DNA from: Octopus bimaculoides
Taxonomy: Eukaryota
Length of the DNA stretch: 64,000 bases
Direction of reading: 5' to 3'
Assembly (NCBI RefSeq): GCF_001194135.2
Contig: NC_068987.1
Location: 54,057,822-54,121,821, forward strand
This document shows positions 1-12,334 of this stretch, in pieces. Position numbers and translations under genes: made by a program. The notes beneath the pieces are model-generated. The model was given only the letters and a program-made list of their open reading frames with translations, made no database searches and had not been told where the DNA came from. Numbering within the stretch: the stretch's first letter is position 1; the number at the start of each line of letters is the position of its first letter.

Positions 1-11
1 AAAAATCTTAC

Positions 12-41
12 ATCGGAGCAGCAGGTTCCTCCACAGTTTCT
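12..41 (-). CDS. 30-nt phase-2 small exon (ETVEEPAAP); gene continues left of the window
   Basis: ttttaatttcaatacag|A GAA ACT GTG GAG GAA CCT GCT GCT CCG AT|gtaaga. Confidence 0.7.
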
Positions 42-119
42 CTGTATTGAAATTAAAACATATATTTTAAATTTTACGCAAATGCATAAATGTATGCACA
101 CAGACGTTCAGTGCATTCA

Positions 120-182
<63 letters not shown>

Positions 183-849
183 AACACATAAACACACACA
201 CACACACACACGTATATATGCAAACATACGTATATACAAAGATTTTGCAGAAGCTCAAAATGTTTGTATCAGAAAGTATGGAAAATATTGATACTGTCTA
301 ATAACTAAAAACTTTTTCACTAAAATATTGATATTAATCATTTCACGTCTACTCTGAAATAATGCTTAATGTTATTAATATCCTCCATAAACTTGATAAC
401 TTAAAACGGTATATTACTGGTACTGGCAATTATTTCTTTGAAAAGAGAAACACACTTCGAATGAAACGAACTGCAAGTAAACTTAGTCTAACAATCTCAA
501 ACAAAAACGTACATGAATTTAATAACAACTGAAGTATAAAAGCAAGCATTTTCTTATCTGTTTGTTAGGGTTTCTGGTTTTATATAATCACAGAAAAGAT
601 TCACACAAATGTGAACAAAACTAAAACAAAATATATAACAGAGTGAATAGTAGTTAATTTCTTGGAAAATGTTAGGTTTCCTTAATAAGTTAAAAAGGAG
701 AAAGATTAAGAAAGCAGATGTTACTGAAAGAGATATATTTGATCTGAAAAAGGTAGAACAAGTTTACTTCGACTAACAGACTCACTATGTTTCAACTAAA
801 CAAAAACAAAACAAATGTTCAAAGGAAAATATTGATGCTGTTAACTTAC

Positions 850-876
850 ATCTGGCTAGTCTCTTCGGTTGATTGC
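850..876 (-). CDS. 27-nt phase-2 microexon (QSTEETSQ[I])
   Basis: ttttgtttttgctattcag|G CAA TCA ACC GAA GAG ACT AGC CAG AT|gtaagt; phase 0 contains TAG and phase 1 creates a stop at the next junction. Confidence 0.7.
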
Positions 877-1115
877 CTGAATAGCAAAAACAAAATATTC
901 TTAGCAATAATCCAAATTGCTCAACACCATGGTTAATGATATTACATCCATATATCAAAAGCAAACAAAAAAAAAATTATAAATATATATAAAATTTTAT
1001 TTCTCGTCTTGTTTTCTTTTTTTATGATAAAGAAAAAGAATTAATTTCTTTCGGTCATGCGCAAAAGCAGTTAAGAGCTAAGAACACTTAGAAATTTCAC
1101 ACATTTTTGTTATAG

Positions 1116-1157
1116 TTGCTAAATTTGAAATAAAAACTTTTAACGACACCAAGAGTG
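1116..1157 (+). CDS. Candidate 42-nt phase-1 exon of a possible antisense nested gene (AKFEIKTFNDTKS)
   Basis: tttttgttatag|TT GCT AAA ... AAG AGT G|gtgagt; phase-compatible with the candidate at 2198. Confidence 0.25.
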
Positions 1158-2128
1158 GTGAGTAATACAGCAGACGGGAACGCTAATTGCAAACTCGTTT
1201 GATTCAAACTTATTAGATTTGAAACAATCGTCTTTACCTTATAAAATTCACTTTCATGAAATATCTTAATCCGATAGGAAAAGCTATGCGGATCTATTTT
1301 TTGAGACAGCAGAATTTGTACGTATTCACATCATTGACAATATCAATACTTTAGTCCATCAGAAGGAAATTCTTTGTAATATTTGTTTTGCCTAAGATGT
1401 ACAAACAATACTTTGTCACTACTGCCGTTTAAAATTGAATGAACATATACTTGCGGCTTTCTGAAAAACCTACAACAAATATCGCTACTGTCCAAAAAAT
1501 TCTTGATAAAAAATTTTATAAAATAGAATAAGCATTGATCCGGAATTTTTCCAGAATCTTATCAGGCATTCGACTATCGTCTTAATCTGAGAGACGGATT
1601 TGTTTTAACTTCTTATTTACGATGAAAATTAAATATGTTCTAGGATTGCAAAAGCAAACCAAATTAAGATATAGGAGACATCTATCATGGAAATTGATGC
1701 TTCCAGTTTGTTCACTTTAGTATGTAATCAAAAGTTTGGATACTCATTTCTGTTTTCTTTGGCGAAAACAAATGTTTGGTTGCTTAATGTTTTAAAGTTT
1801 AAATAAAAATATGTCCATTTTGTCAAACGTATTTTGTAAATACTTTACGATAAAAGAATTCTTGTATTGATATTTTTTGGATGGAAATATCGGTATACAG
1901 TTTAATTTCATTGTTTATTTGCATTATGTTCTCTTTTCACTGGAGCTGAGATTGACAGTTCACCTTCTTGACTAAAAAGATACTTATCAGATGTTTATGT
2001 TAACATAAGGCTCTCACATAATGTCCGCTTGAAAAAGCATCTAGAATTCAATAGTCGGCATATAGATCGAGTTTTAATCTCAGTTGTTATTGATCTAGCC
2101 GTTACTACCCCATTTTATTTCCAGGTAG

Positions 2129-2170
<42 letters not shown>

Positions 2171-2197
2171 TAATCAATGTGTCCTTTCTTTTTCAAG

Positions 2198-2445
2198 ATG
2201 GTAATGTGGATTTGGCTGTCATTACAGGAAGAAGAAACGAAACTATTTCATCGTATTTCAGTGTTAAAGAATCTAATCACTGTGATTATAAATGCAAGGA
2301 CAAACTAATTGAACAAATAAAATATTACACGATCGGCTCAAATATCAATCCACAGATAATATTTTTTTCAGATACAGCAAAGGAAGTTTGCAAAACAGCT
2401 TCAATTAAATACGAGTTTCAATGTAACATTGATGAAGGAACATGA
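2198..2445 (+). CDS. Candidate terminal coding exon, about 82 codons, 4 Cys, unknown product
   Basis: gtcctttctttttcaag| acceptor, open frame DGNVDLAVITGRRNET...QCNIDEGT*, stop overlapped by AATAAA. Chance in AT-rich DNA is not excluded. Confidence 0.3.
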
Positions 2446-3171
2446 ATAAAGTAAATTCCTCAACCCTTTGATTTCAATATATGCCGCTATGGTTTAACCC
2501 CACTTCAGTCCTGACCACTCTACCTTTTTTCTCAGATATAGTGTATTTAAGACTATATTTTAAGCTGCCAGGAAGAGTCACAAAAAAATTTCTTGCCATT
2601 TTTAGCCAATCGCGTGACTACAGAGAAGTTATTTGTGTTGCTGCAGAGGTGTCGTTACTATGCGTTTAATTGTTTAAAAAAGCATTGGTTTACAACAAGC
2701 AAGGTACAGCAAACTAAATTTGAAGTTAATAAAGAAAAGCTGCTGCCGAGTAAATGTTGCTGGAATAGGGAAGTCAAAATATTAAGATTTGATAAATTGA
2801 TTATTACCAACTGAATACCTTTAATTTTGAAATATTTTGTAGCGATCGGGAATAGATTTACTTAGTGTCAAAAGAATTTTAAAATACCATAATGCCTTTA
2901 CGTATACCGTTTCCATATCTCAGTACTTCGTATCTTGCTCTGCACATTGAGCGTAACCAGATTTTAACTGGTCGATCTCAACTTCTACGATCAATTTTAT
3001 GTTATTAATGATTATTGCTGAAAGAATTACCGATGGATATATGCAAATATCCATTTTTTCTTTACTGTTTTTTAGGGTTTTTTTCTTCTTTTTGTTGTGG
3101 GTGTTATATTTAAAACCTAAAGATACTGCAACATCGATATGTTACAACAAACCAAAAATGTGCCTCTTTAC

Positions 3172-3177
3172 TCTTCT
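3172..3177 (-). CDS. Possible 6-nt phase-2 microexon (adds E-E)
   Basis: tttgctcttttactgctag|A GAA GA|gtaaag; preserves frame and fits the acidic composition, but a 6-nt match can arise by chance. Confidence 0.35.
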
Positions 3178-3986
3178 CTAGCAGTAAAAGAGCAAATTGT
3201 TTCATTTGCATTGCAAAAGTATGAAAGATATTCCTGTTTACTCAGACAAGAAGCAGTTTAATCCTTTAAAGAGATAAAATCACTTTCAGATTCAAATTGG
3301 CTGTGCTTGAATAAAACTATGTCACAAAAGAAGCCGATCGAAAACTTCATACGCTCGGCCTAAACGTGATCAGTTAATTTTTCTTCTTAAAGATTCGAGG
3401 CACTTGAAATATATTGTCCAGATATTAAAGAAACTGTTTGATTATTTAAGAATGATCTGGTTGGAGACACAAGCTATTAGATATAGAAATGAAATTATTT
3501 TAAAATAGGCATCAGTCATTTTGTGGGCTTCTAATGATATTAACGTAATTATATTTCGCTAAAATAATTCTCGCTTGGATTCTAATGATTCATTTATGCA
3601 TTTTAAAGTAGAATTACCAGACTAAACCTCTTAAAACACCCGTTAGTATCTTCCTAATACCAGTAACAGAATAACTTTACCAACTCAGAGAAAATGTATG
3701 ACTAGTCAAATACCGTAAATCTCAAAACATTCATCAGAATTTTGTGAGGAGAGTAAAAACACTTCATTAATTTTATGAGATGTGGAAACAACGTTGTTAG
3801 GAAAGAAAAATGGAAGTTGATTTCTGTTCATTTAATTGCAAGCAGGTAGAATGCAATTAATAATTCACCGTGGTAAATAGATAAATCGATGGGTAGATAA
3901 ATATAAGCATGGGGATGGGAAAAAATGCAGTCATAGCAAGTAAACGAAACCTCATATTTTGAGAAATTACAAAAGCTCTCACTTAC

Positions 3987-4010
3987 ATGAAGCCAGATGC
4001 TGGAGACTCC
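3987..4010 (-). CDS. 24-nt phase-2 microexon (ESPASGF[M/I])
   Basis: attctgccattttcatag|G GAG TCT CCA GCA TCT GGC TTC AT|gtaagt. Confidence 0.7.
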
Positions 4011-6506
4011 CTATGAAAATGGCAGAATAATGCAAATTGACGTTTGATTTAATAGCAACTAAGAAAGCGGATTAAATTGCAATTTTTGTCGTTGTTATTG
4101 TTAAAAGAAGCTAATGTTATATAGTGTGTTGGAATTGTTAGCAGCATTGACTTCTTACTTTAATTATATCTGCAAAATTATTTTTCATAAAAACTAAATC
4201 AATAAGCTTATTATCGAAGACATCATTATTATCATTATTATTATAAATAAATTTTACAAGCAGCCAAATTGCGTAAAAGCAACTACACTCAAGCAATTTA
4301 ATTACTAATGTCTCGACTAGCATCTATAAATTCATATTATAACAATAGACTAGAAAATTTAAATGGATGCAATTCAGGTCTTACAAGTGAATAAATATAT
4401 AAGTAAATAACATGCACTGTCTTATTGGTTAGGAAAAACTAGATGACTACACAGAAGGTGATGTTTACTATATATAATGTTTTAATTGAACAATATGGCA
4501 AACTTAACCTGAAAAGGAAACCTTATTTAACAAAAAAATGGTAGAAACGAATCTAAGTTAAAACTTGTAGACTAAGTTTGAAAACAAACCAAAACACAGT
4601 CTAAAAATAAGAGTTTGTAGTTGGAAGAAACATCAAGATTCTGAAAGAAGGAAAGTAGAAAAACAGAAAAAAAGATTTCTATTAAAAGAAGAAACAGGAG
4701 AGATATATTATTCTTCAAGTTCATAAAGAAAGGAGGTAATTAATAAAAAGGAATGGATGAAATTAAGTCTTGTGAGTGTTAGTTGAGAGCTCAGGAGTCT
4801 ATTAGCAATTCTTAAATAGTATATATATATATATATCTTAAGAGCTAACTTATAATTTAGAGATAGCAGAATTGTGCCGAGACACAATGTCAGATATGAG
4901 GTGTTGCTCCGTTAGGTCATAATCCTTGATTTTTGATCCGTTGCAGATAAATTCTGGCCACAATACTTAATTCCACATGACGTCAGTTCATGGCTTCTGG
5001 GAATAGGTAATCTGCATAAGATTGAAGTCTTATTTAGAAAGATATGTTTATCCTATTCGCTTGATTCAGAAACAACCGTTGAGCAAAAGAACTGTGGACA
5101 ACTCTCTGGAAGTCAAACTCATCAAGTCCAGAAAATAAGTAGCATCAATTATTTGTCGACATGCTGAGTAAGTCAAAAGTCTTGGGGTTAGCTACCTTTT
5201 TATTTTTCATTTTTCTAAGTTAGACCTTTGACAAAAGAAAGTTACGTGGCATTTTGCTTAATTATTATCGTCTCTAAGTTATATGAAATGCATTACAACA
5301 AACTTCATTTACTTGTATGAGTTTTCTTCTCATTAGATCAGCCTAATAAAAATGTATTTATTTCCCAGTATACCGCTTCAGTAATTATAATTTAGTTGAA
5401 TTAATTGTGTCACTCTCACTTCACGGTTTTACTCTTTTACTCAAAGATTGTTTCTGCAAGCTATAAACTTAATTATTTAATTTTCTAAATAGAGTATTTT
5501 ATAAAAAAAAAAAAGACTCTTAAAAAAATTCAATCAAACTTCCTCTAAAGAAAGTGCAGTCTTTTCCACGAAAGGACATTATGATCCAGAGCTTAATTTC
5601 TACATCTTAAGTTTTGCAATTACTAGATTAATATGTCGACCCTTGGTATAGATTTGGGTCTTTTATCCCCACTGGTATCCGTTTGGCCTAGTCGTTAAAT
5701 GAAGTCCTGGGAAGTATTTATTTTCCAGTAGTGATTTCACTGTAAATCTGACAAACGTTTTAAACTACAATACGATATTTTTCGATTTTAGCGTAATGAT
5801 TCGATTCTATTATTGAAAACAAAAATATAGATTTACATTTTATTTCTTTTATGTAATATGTCTAACGATCAAAATTATTTCTCTTTCGTAGCAGAATGAT
5901 TTCTTTTTCTTTTGTTTTTGCTGTATCTAATTGTATTGTTTATTCTGTTGTGCTTCTTTACGTTTTTTTTTTTGGTTTGCTGTTTTTTTTTTTTTGTTTG
6001 TTTTTTTCAGATTTCTATTAAATCTTGATTAATTTCTTTTCAACTACATTATCGTCTGCAATTATTTTTTTTAATATAATTTATTTCCTGAAAATTCTTT
6101 GTATGTCGATCTTAATATCTGAATTATGGTGGCTCACATACTGCAATCTTATTAAATAATTAATCGTATTAAGTGAATCCAAAAATAATAATTTTTGTGC
6201 TTAGTTATCACAGAAGATAAATTAATATTTCAAAATTATTCTTCCACTACATTCTTTCTCTATATCGATTGTTGTCGGTGTCACACATATACCATAACTA
6301 AAAGAATTGCATAGACGCGTGTAAGGTGAGAGGAAGAAATCGAACAATGAAAGTCTTTAAGATGGATTTTGGTCAAAACTGACTAAGACTAGAATAAGAA
6401 AACCATTCGTTAATTAAGCTACCATCCAAGTCAACGTGCATTTTGAAAGTGGTGAAAAAGGAGAGGATATCAAAGATTTCATCTATATTTCTATTACTAT
6501 ACTTAC

Positions 6507-6521
6507 TCAGTCTGTTCCTCA
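6507..6521 (-). CDS. 15-nt phase-2 microexon (EEQT[E])
   Basis: ttcttgttctttttcacag|T GAG GAA CAG ACT GA|gtaagt; length divisible by 3, phase 0 begins with TGA, phase 2 matches the preceding exon. Confidence 0.65.
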
Positions 6522-7974
6522 CTGTGAAAAAGAACAAGAAATTAAGAAAAAATGATTTTATTTAATTGCTGGATATATCAAAGAAAATACAAGAATTTAA
6601 ACAAAAAATACACATTCAAAACGAAAAGGCAGTGCGAAAATATCTTTTAAAGACTTGGACTTAATCCTAATTCGTATTTATGTGATCTAAAAAAGCAAAG
6701 GAAAAAAAATTTTAAACACAAATAATACATTCGTATATTTAGAAATATTGATTATATCCATTTGGTCTTTAGACATTTTGCTTTTAATTTTGGAATGAGA
6801 AACAAAATCGTCCGTCTAATATCTCTGATACACTTTTCATTGTTCCTTGAAAAGTGGCAAACTCAACTCCTTCGAGATATCCGCACTGATCTGGATTCTT
6901 ACAATGAAACCGCATTAAAGCAATTTATCCATGGTTCCTACTTATTAAACCAACTCATAAGACGTACACTATAGAATTGGTAACAAATGTTTCCGTCTAT
7001 ACTTCAAGTTAAAAATGTCGAGATGTTTTTAGATTGGATAATCAAATTAACACACCGATTTGCATCAGTGCAATAATAGATTAGAAAATCACTTTTTTTT
7101 TATTCTTTCTTCTACGATGAAGGAAAATTTCCATTTAAATGTGAGACATCGTAACAAGTTATGTCAATGAAAATAATACGATGGTTTAGTGTCAACACCA
7201 GATGACGTTCGAGATTTTCAACAGATTAAAAACGTGTTAGACTTGTTGTTCCAGCTGCTCGCTATATTTATCCGAATATTATTTCATTAACAATATGAAT
7301 CTTAGCATTTTATTAGTAGAAATGTGTACCCTTTGTAACTCTCTGTTTGTCTCACACCCCTACATATATATGTGTGTGAGTGTACACTAAACATAATTTC
7401 CTTTTCTTTGGTTTTCTTTTTGTGGCTTCATAATTTGAAATGCAGCGTATAAGCATAACTTTTTAATAAATATACAATTTAGACTGCTTAGCCTATACTG
7501 AAAAAGCAAAAACAAAGAAATTGGTTACATTCAGATTTTATCGCACAGTTGAAAGACAAACTAATAAAAAGGAGAGTATTCTTTTCACTGATGAAGCTTT
7601 AACGAGGCTAGAAACTAGCCAGATATTTTACCGCAAAGTACACAACTATTTTATATAGCATGGTTACTCCAAACACTAGAATGTACAGAGAGACAAAATA
7701 CGCTTTCAAAAAGTGAGTAGTATAATAATTGGGGAAACTTAAAGTTACAGGCATCTAAAAAGAATTCTGTTAGAATACAAAAATACAAATATGATGGTGA
7801 AAGAACAGATTCTTCAAACATATAATAGATCGTTTGCTTCATATTCTTACACAATTATATCTTAGTGCGAATGTTCGTTTAATATTTATTCATTCGTTTT
7901 ATTTTTTATTCGTTATTATCATTATTTTAGTTCATTAATTTGCTTTACTACAGAAGAAAATGTTGTCTACTCAC

Positions 7975-7994
7975 GTATGGTCTTCCTCGTCCAT
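7975..7994 (-). CDS. Start-codon exon (full exon 7975-8021, 47 nt) of a microexon-built gene; encodes MDEEDH(T)
   Basis: Minus strand reads tttttttctctttcag|TTGTTGATAGCGTAAAAGAAACCAGCC ATG GAC GAG GAA GAC CAT AC|gtgagt. Strong acceptor and donor, GCCATGG Kozak context, in-frame TAA upstream of the ATG; ends in phase 2. Confidence 0.75.
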
Positions 7995-8297
7995 GGCTGG
8001 TTTCTTTTACGCTATCAACAACTGAAAGAGAAAAAAACACGGTGAAAAATCAATGAGCTAATCGATCACACGGTGACTCACAAAAGAACATGTATATATG
8101 TATTCATAAAAATATAACTTTTATGTATCGACACACACACATATATATATATATTCTTAGACATAGATCTATATGAATAGTTTTTTTTTTACACACACAC
8201 ATAGATATATATATACACACAAATTGTGTGTGTGTGGTCATAATTTTTATATTCATACGGAAATACATATGCATATATAAGTGAAGAAGTATGTTTG

Positions 8298-8380
<83 letters not shown>

Positions 8381-8703
8381 TAATGTTCGTGTATATACAT
8401 ATATTCGTTTCGTGCGTGTATGTTATATAAGNNNNNNNNNNNNNNNNNNNNNNNNNNNNNNNNNNNNNNNNNNNNNNNNNNNNNNNNNNNNNNNNNNNNN
8501 NNNNNNNNNNNNNNNNNNNNNNNNNNNNNNNNNNNNNNNNNNNNNNNNNNNNNNNNNNNNNNNNNNNNNNNNNNNNNNNNNNNNNNNNNNNNNNNNNNNN
8601 NNNNNNNNNNNNNNNNNNNNNNNNNNNNNNNNNNNNNNNNNNNNNNNNNNNNNNNNNNNNNNNNNNNNNNNNNNNNNNNNNNNNNNNNNNNNNNNNNNNN
8701 NNN

Positions 8704-8755
<52 letters not shown>

Positions 8756-9692
8756 TCTTCTTTTAACTTTGTGAACTTTGTAGATTAGGTGTATTGATAA
8801 AAATAGACATGTGTATTATTTCTGGGTGTGTTGTATGTTTATGCATTTTAATTATTTCTGCCGTTTGTAACGTCTTTCGTTTTCAGATGTTATTCTGTTT
8901 TTTTCATTATTGAATTTTTATTGAGTCATGTTAGCATGTGAAAGAAATATAAATGATTAAAGCTAGAAACAAAAAAAAACTGAATTGCTACACATAATTC
9001 ACTTTGAAATAACCAACTTGAATGCTCGTTAGAATTCGTATTCATCCACTGTGTGTTCTTATAGCGTTTGAGAAGTATTCTTTCTTATACATAAAAGAAT
9101 TAAGCGCTTCTTTGAAAACATAAATTTTTTTTAGGTTAACACTACTGATTAAGCATGATTTAACAATATAATATGTAGGAAGCCTAGTAATACTATTTCA
9201 CAAAACTTACTTATATCTCTCCCATTAAGGAATCGGAAATTCGTTTTGTACACAAATACAGTGAATGTGTTTATATGCATTAAATATATTCGCTTAAAAT
9301 GTGTGGTCTTGCGTCTAATGTGAGCTTGAATACCACTCGTAACAGCCCAAGTAGAATTTTAAATGATCATGAATCACATGCAATACGCTTATATTCATGG
9401 TGTATCTGAACTATATATTGTTGAAATGATTATAATGCAGAACCATCATCGTCATTTATGGACCCAGTATATGATACACCTCGACTAATAAATTCTCTCT
9501 GGAATTTCAGTTTGTATGTCAGTGTTTGAGGGAAAATGCCCACCTCTATGCACTCTGTTACACTCCGCTATTCGTAAAGGAGCTAACTGAGGGTTAAACC
9601 GCTCGGATTTACAAACCTCCGCGTATTTGATGTGTGTATGTTTATATATATATATACACATGTATATACAAGTATATAAATAAACATATATA

Positions 9693-9807
9693 TTCCGGGT
9701 TCAGTCCCACTGCGTGGCACCTTGGGCAAGTGTCTTCTACTATAGCCTCGGGCCGACCAAAGCCTTGTGAGTGGATTTGGTAGAGGGAAGCTGAAAGAAG
9801 CCCGTCG

Positions 9808-9849
<42 letters not shown>

Positions 9850-10131
9850 CGTGTGTGTGTGTGTGTGTATGTTTGTGTGTCTGTTTGCCCCCCCCCCCAC
9901 NNNNNNNNNNNNNNNNNNNNNNNNNNNNNNNNNNNNNNNNNNNNNNNNNNNNNNNNNNTCCCTTGACAACCGATGTTGGTGTGTTTGCGTCCCCGTAACT
10001 TAGTGGTTCGGCAAAAGAACTGATAGAATAAGTACTAGGCTTACGAAGAATAAGTCCTGGTGTCGATTTGCTCGACTAAAGGCGGGGCTCCAGCATGGTC
10101 GCAGTCAAATGACTGAAACAAGTAAACGAGT
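9693..10131 (+). mobile_element. SINE family A copy (5'-truncated, internal microsatellite and gap)
   Basis: GGTTCAGTCCCACTGCGTGGCACCTTGGGCAAGTG...GCAGTCAAATGACTGAAACAAG shared with 7 other copies in the window. Confidence 0.9.
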
Positions 10132-10446
10132 ATATGTGTAGATTATATAAGCATACATTTAATAGTACTGATTCATCCCCCTCCTATTGGAGTTTCGCGT
10201 GAGTAGAACACATCTACATCATCAACTGTATTCGAAGATCTGATGAGGTGACTATATTGTTATGTGTTAATGCTTGCTTTTAAGTATAGTTATACTTAAC
10301 TGCAAACATTAAATTGACAGATGGCTCGCTATTTTCAAGTGGAGCAACGTATATTTTTACAAGGAAATTATCAGCTGCTTCGAAGGCTCGCGTTATTAGC
10401 CGTCATCAAACTGATCATCAGTAAAAGAGAGAAACAGAGAGAGTGT

Positions 10447-10481
<35 letters not shown>

Positions 10482-11724
10482 NNNNNNNNNNNNNNNNNNN
10501 NNNNNNNNNNNNNNNNNNNNNNNNNNNNNNNNNNNNNNNNNNNNNNNNNNNNNNNNNNNNNNNNNNNNNNNNNNNNNNNNNNNNNNNNNNNNNNNNNNNN
10601 NNNNNNNNNNNNNNNNNNNNNNNNNNNNNNNNNNNNNNNNNNNNNNNNNNNNNNNNNNNNNNNNNNNNNNNNNNNNNNNNNNNNNNNNNNNNNNNNNNNN
10701 NNNNNNNNNNNNNNNNNNNNNNNNNNNNNNNNNNNNNNNNNNNNNNNNNNNNNNNNNNNNNNNNNNNNNNNNNNNNNNNNNNNNNNNNNNNNNNNNNNNN
10801 NNNNNNNNNNNNNNNNNNNNNNNNNNNNNNNNNNNNNNNNNNNNNNNNNNNNNNNNNNNNNNNNNNNNNNNNNNNNNNNNNNNNNNNNNNNNNNNNNNNN
10901 NNNNNNNNNNNNNNNNNNNNNNNNNNNNNNNNNNNNNNNNNNNNNNNNNNNNNNNNNNNNNNNNNNNNNNNNNNNNNNNNNNNNNNNNNNNNNNNNNNNN
11001 NNNNNNNNNNNNNNNNNNNNNNNNNNNNNNNNNNNNNNNNNNNNNNNNNNNNNNNNNNNNNNNNNNNNNNNNNNNNNNNNNNNNNNNNNNNNNNNNNNNN
11101 NNNNNNNNNNNNNNNNNNNNNNNNNNNNNNNNNNNNNNNNNNNNNNNNNNNNNNNNNNNNNNNNNNNNNNNNNNNNNNNNNNNNNNNNNNNNNNNNNNNN
11201 NNNNNNNNNNNNNNNNNNNNNNNNNNNNNNNNNNNNNNNNNNNNNNNNNNNNNNNNNNNNNNNNNNNNNNNNNNNNNNNNNNNNNNNNNNNNNNNNNNAT
11301 ATATATATATATATATATAATTACACAAGACATGAAGACGATTAGACTTTTAAGATATTCTTTTCTTTACAAAGAACTTTATTGTTAATGTACTGAGAAA
11401 ATTTTAAATGGTTTCGTTTCTTTAGAACAACTGTAATTTTTGTGTTAAAATAGGGCTCCATCAAATGAAAAACATGGTCGCTTTAAATACATGTAAAACT
11501 AGACATTTTATATTCAATTTAAGTAGTATTCCTTTTCTTCAAAGAGACAATAGTATTATTGTTAAGCATGAACGCATATTCACGGAATCTCTCATCACAT
11601 CTTCTTACACTCACATATATATACATACATTACATGCATGTATGAGTGTGCATATATGCGCGTATGTATGTACCTGTGAGTGAATGTATGCATGTATCGG
11701 TGCTTATATGTAGGCAGACATACT

Positions 11725-11921
11725 GCTTTCAAATTGCGGCACAAGGCCAGCAATTTCGTGGGGAGCGATTACATCGACCTCAATGAATGATACTTATTTT
11801 ATCGACTCCGAAAGAATGAAAAGCAAAGTCGACCTCGGTGGAATTTGAACTCAGAACGTAAAGACATATGAAATGCTGCTAAGCGTTTCGCCCGGCGTGC
11901 TAATGATTCTGTTCGCCACCT
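11725..11921 (-). mobile_element. SINE family B copy
   Basis: Reverse complement of GGCAGAATCGTTAGCACGCCGGGC...GAGTTCAAATTCCGCCGAGGTCGACTTTGC, repeated more than 10 times in the window. Confidence 0.85.
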
Positions 11922-11951
11922 TATATATATATAGAGAGAGAGAGAAATATA

Positions 11952-12153
11952 CGAGGCGTTGTTGAAAAATTCTTAGCTTTGGGCAAAAGAAAATAAAGGA
12001 GGATCAGTTGATTATGATTTTTGCAACATATTCTCTTCTCAAATTCACACACTTATTGCAATGGTCCTTCAGTTTTTCTAAGCCCCGTAAAAGAACTTGG
12101 AAGTTTGAGCCTCCAGCCAGACCTTTCGCGAGGAACTTTTCAGCACCCCCTCG
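11952..12153 (-). mobile_element. Mariner-derived MITE (202 bp) retaining the transposase C-terminus
   Basis: Imperfect TIRs CGAGGCGTTGTTGAAAAATTC / CGAGGGGGTGCTGAAAAGTTC, TA on both flanks; minus frame GLEKLKDHCNKCVNLRREYVAK resembles the mariner C-terminal GIxKLxxRWxKCIxxxGDYVEK motif. Confidence 0.8.
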
Positions 12154-12334
12154 TATTGAGGAGAGTTTTAATGCATTTAAACTACTACCGTCAATACTTT
12201 CACTCACTTGACATATCTAGCTAGTTATCAAGTTGTTCATAATACCCAATTGATCAACATTACGGATTCTGTAGAACATGATCTGTCGAAAAGCTACACT
12301 GCGAAATCAGCATTAGTGACCTTGACATCAAGTA

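Noticed and set aside
5313-5342. 30-nt minus-strand exon-like segment (ADLMRRKLIQ in phase 0)
   Set aside because: Contains TAA in phase 2, incompatible with the flanking exons.
6612-7497. Strong minus-strand acceptors at 6687 and 7498
   Set aside because: In-frame stops in phase 2 and only weak donors.
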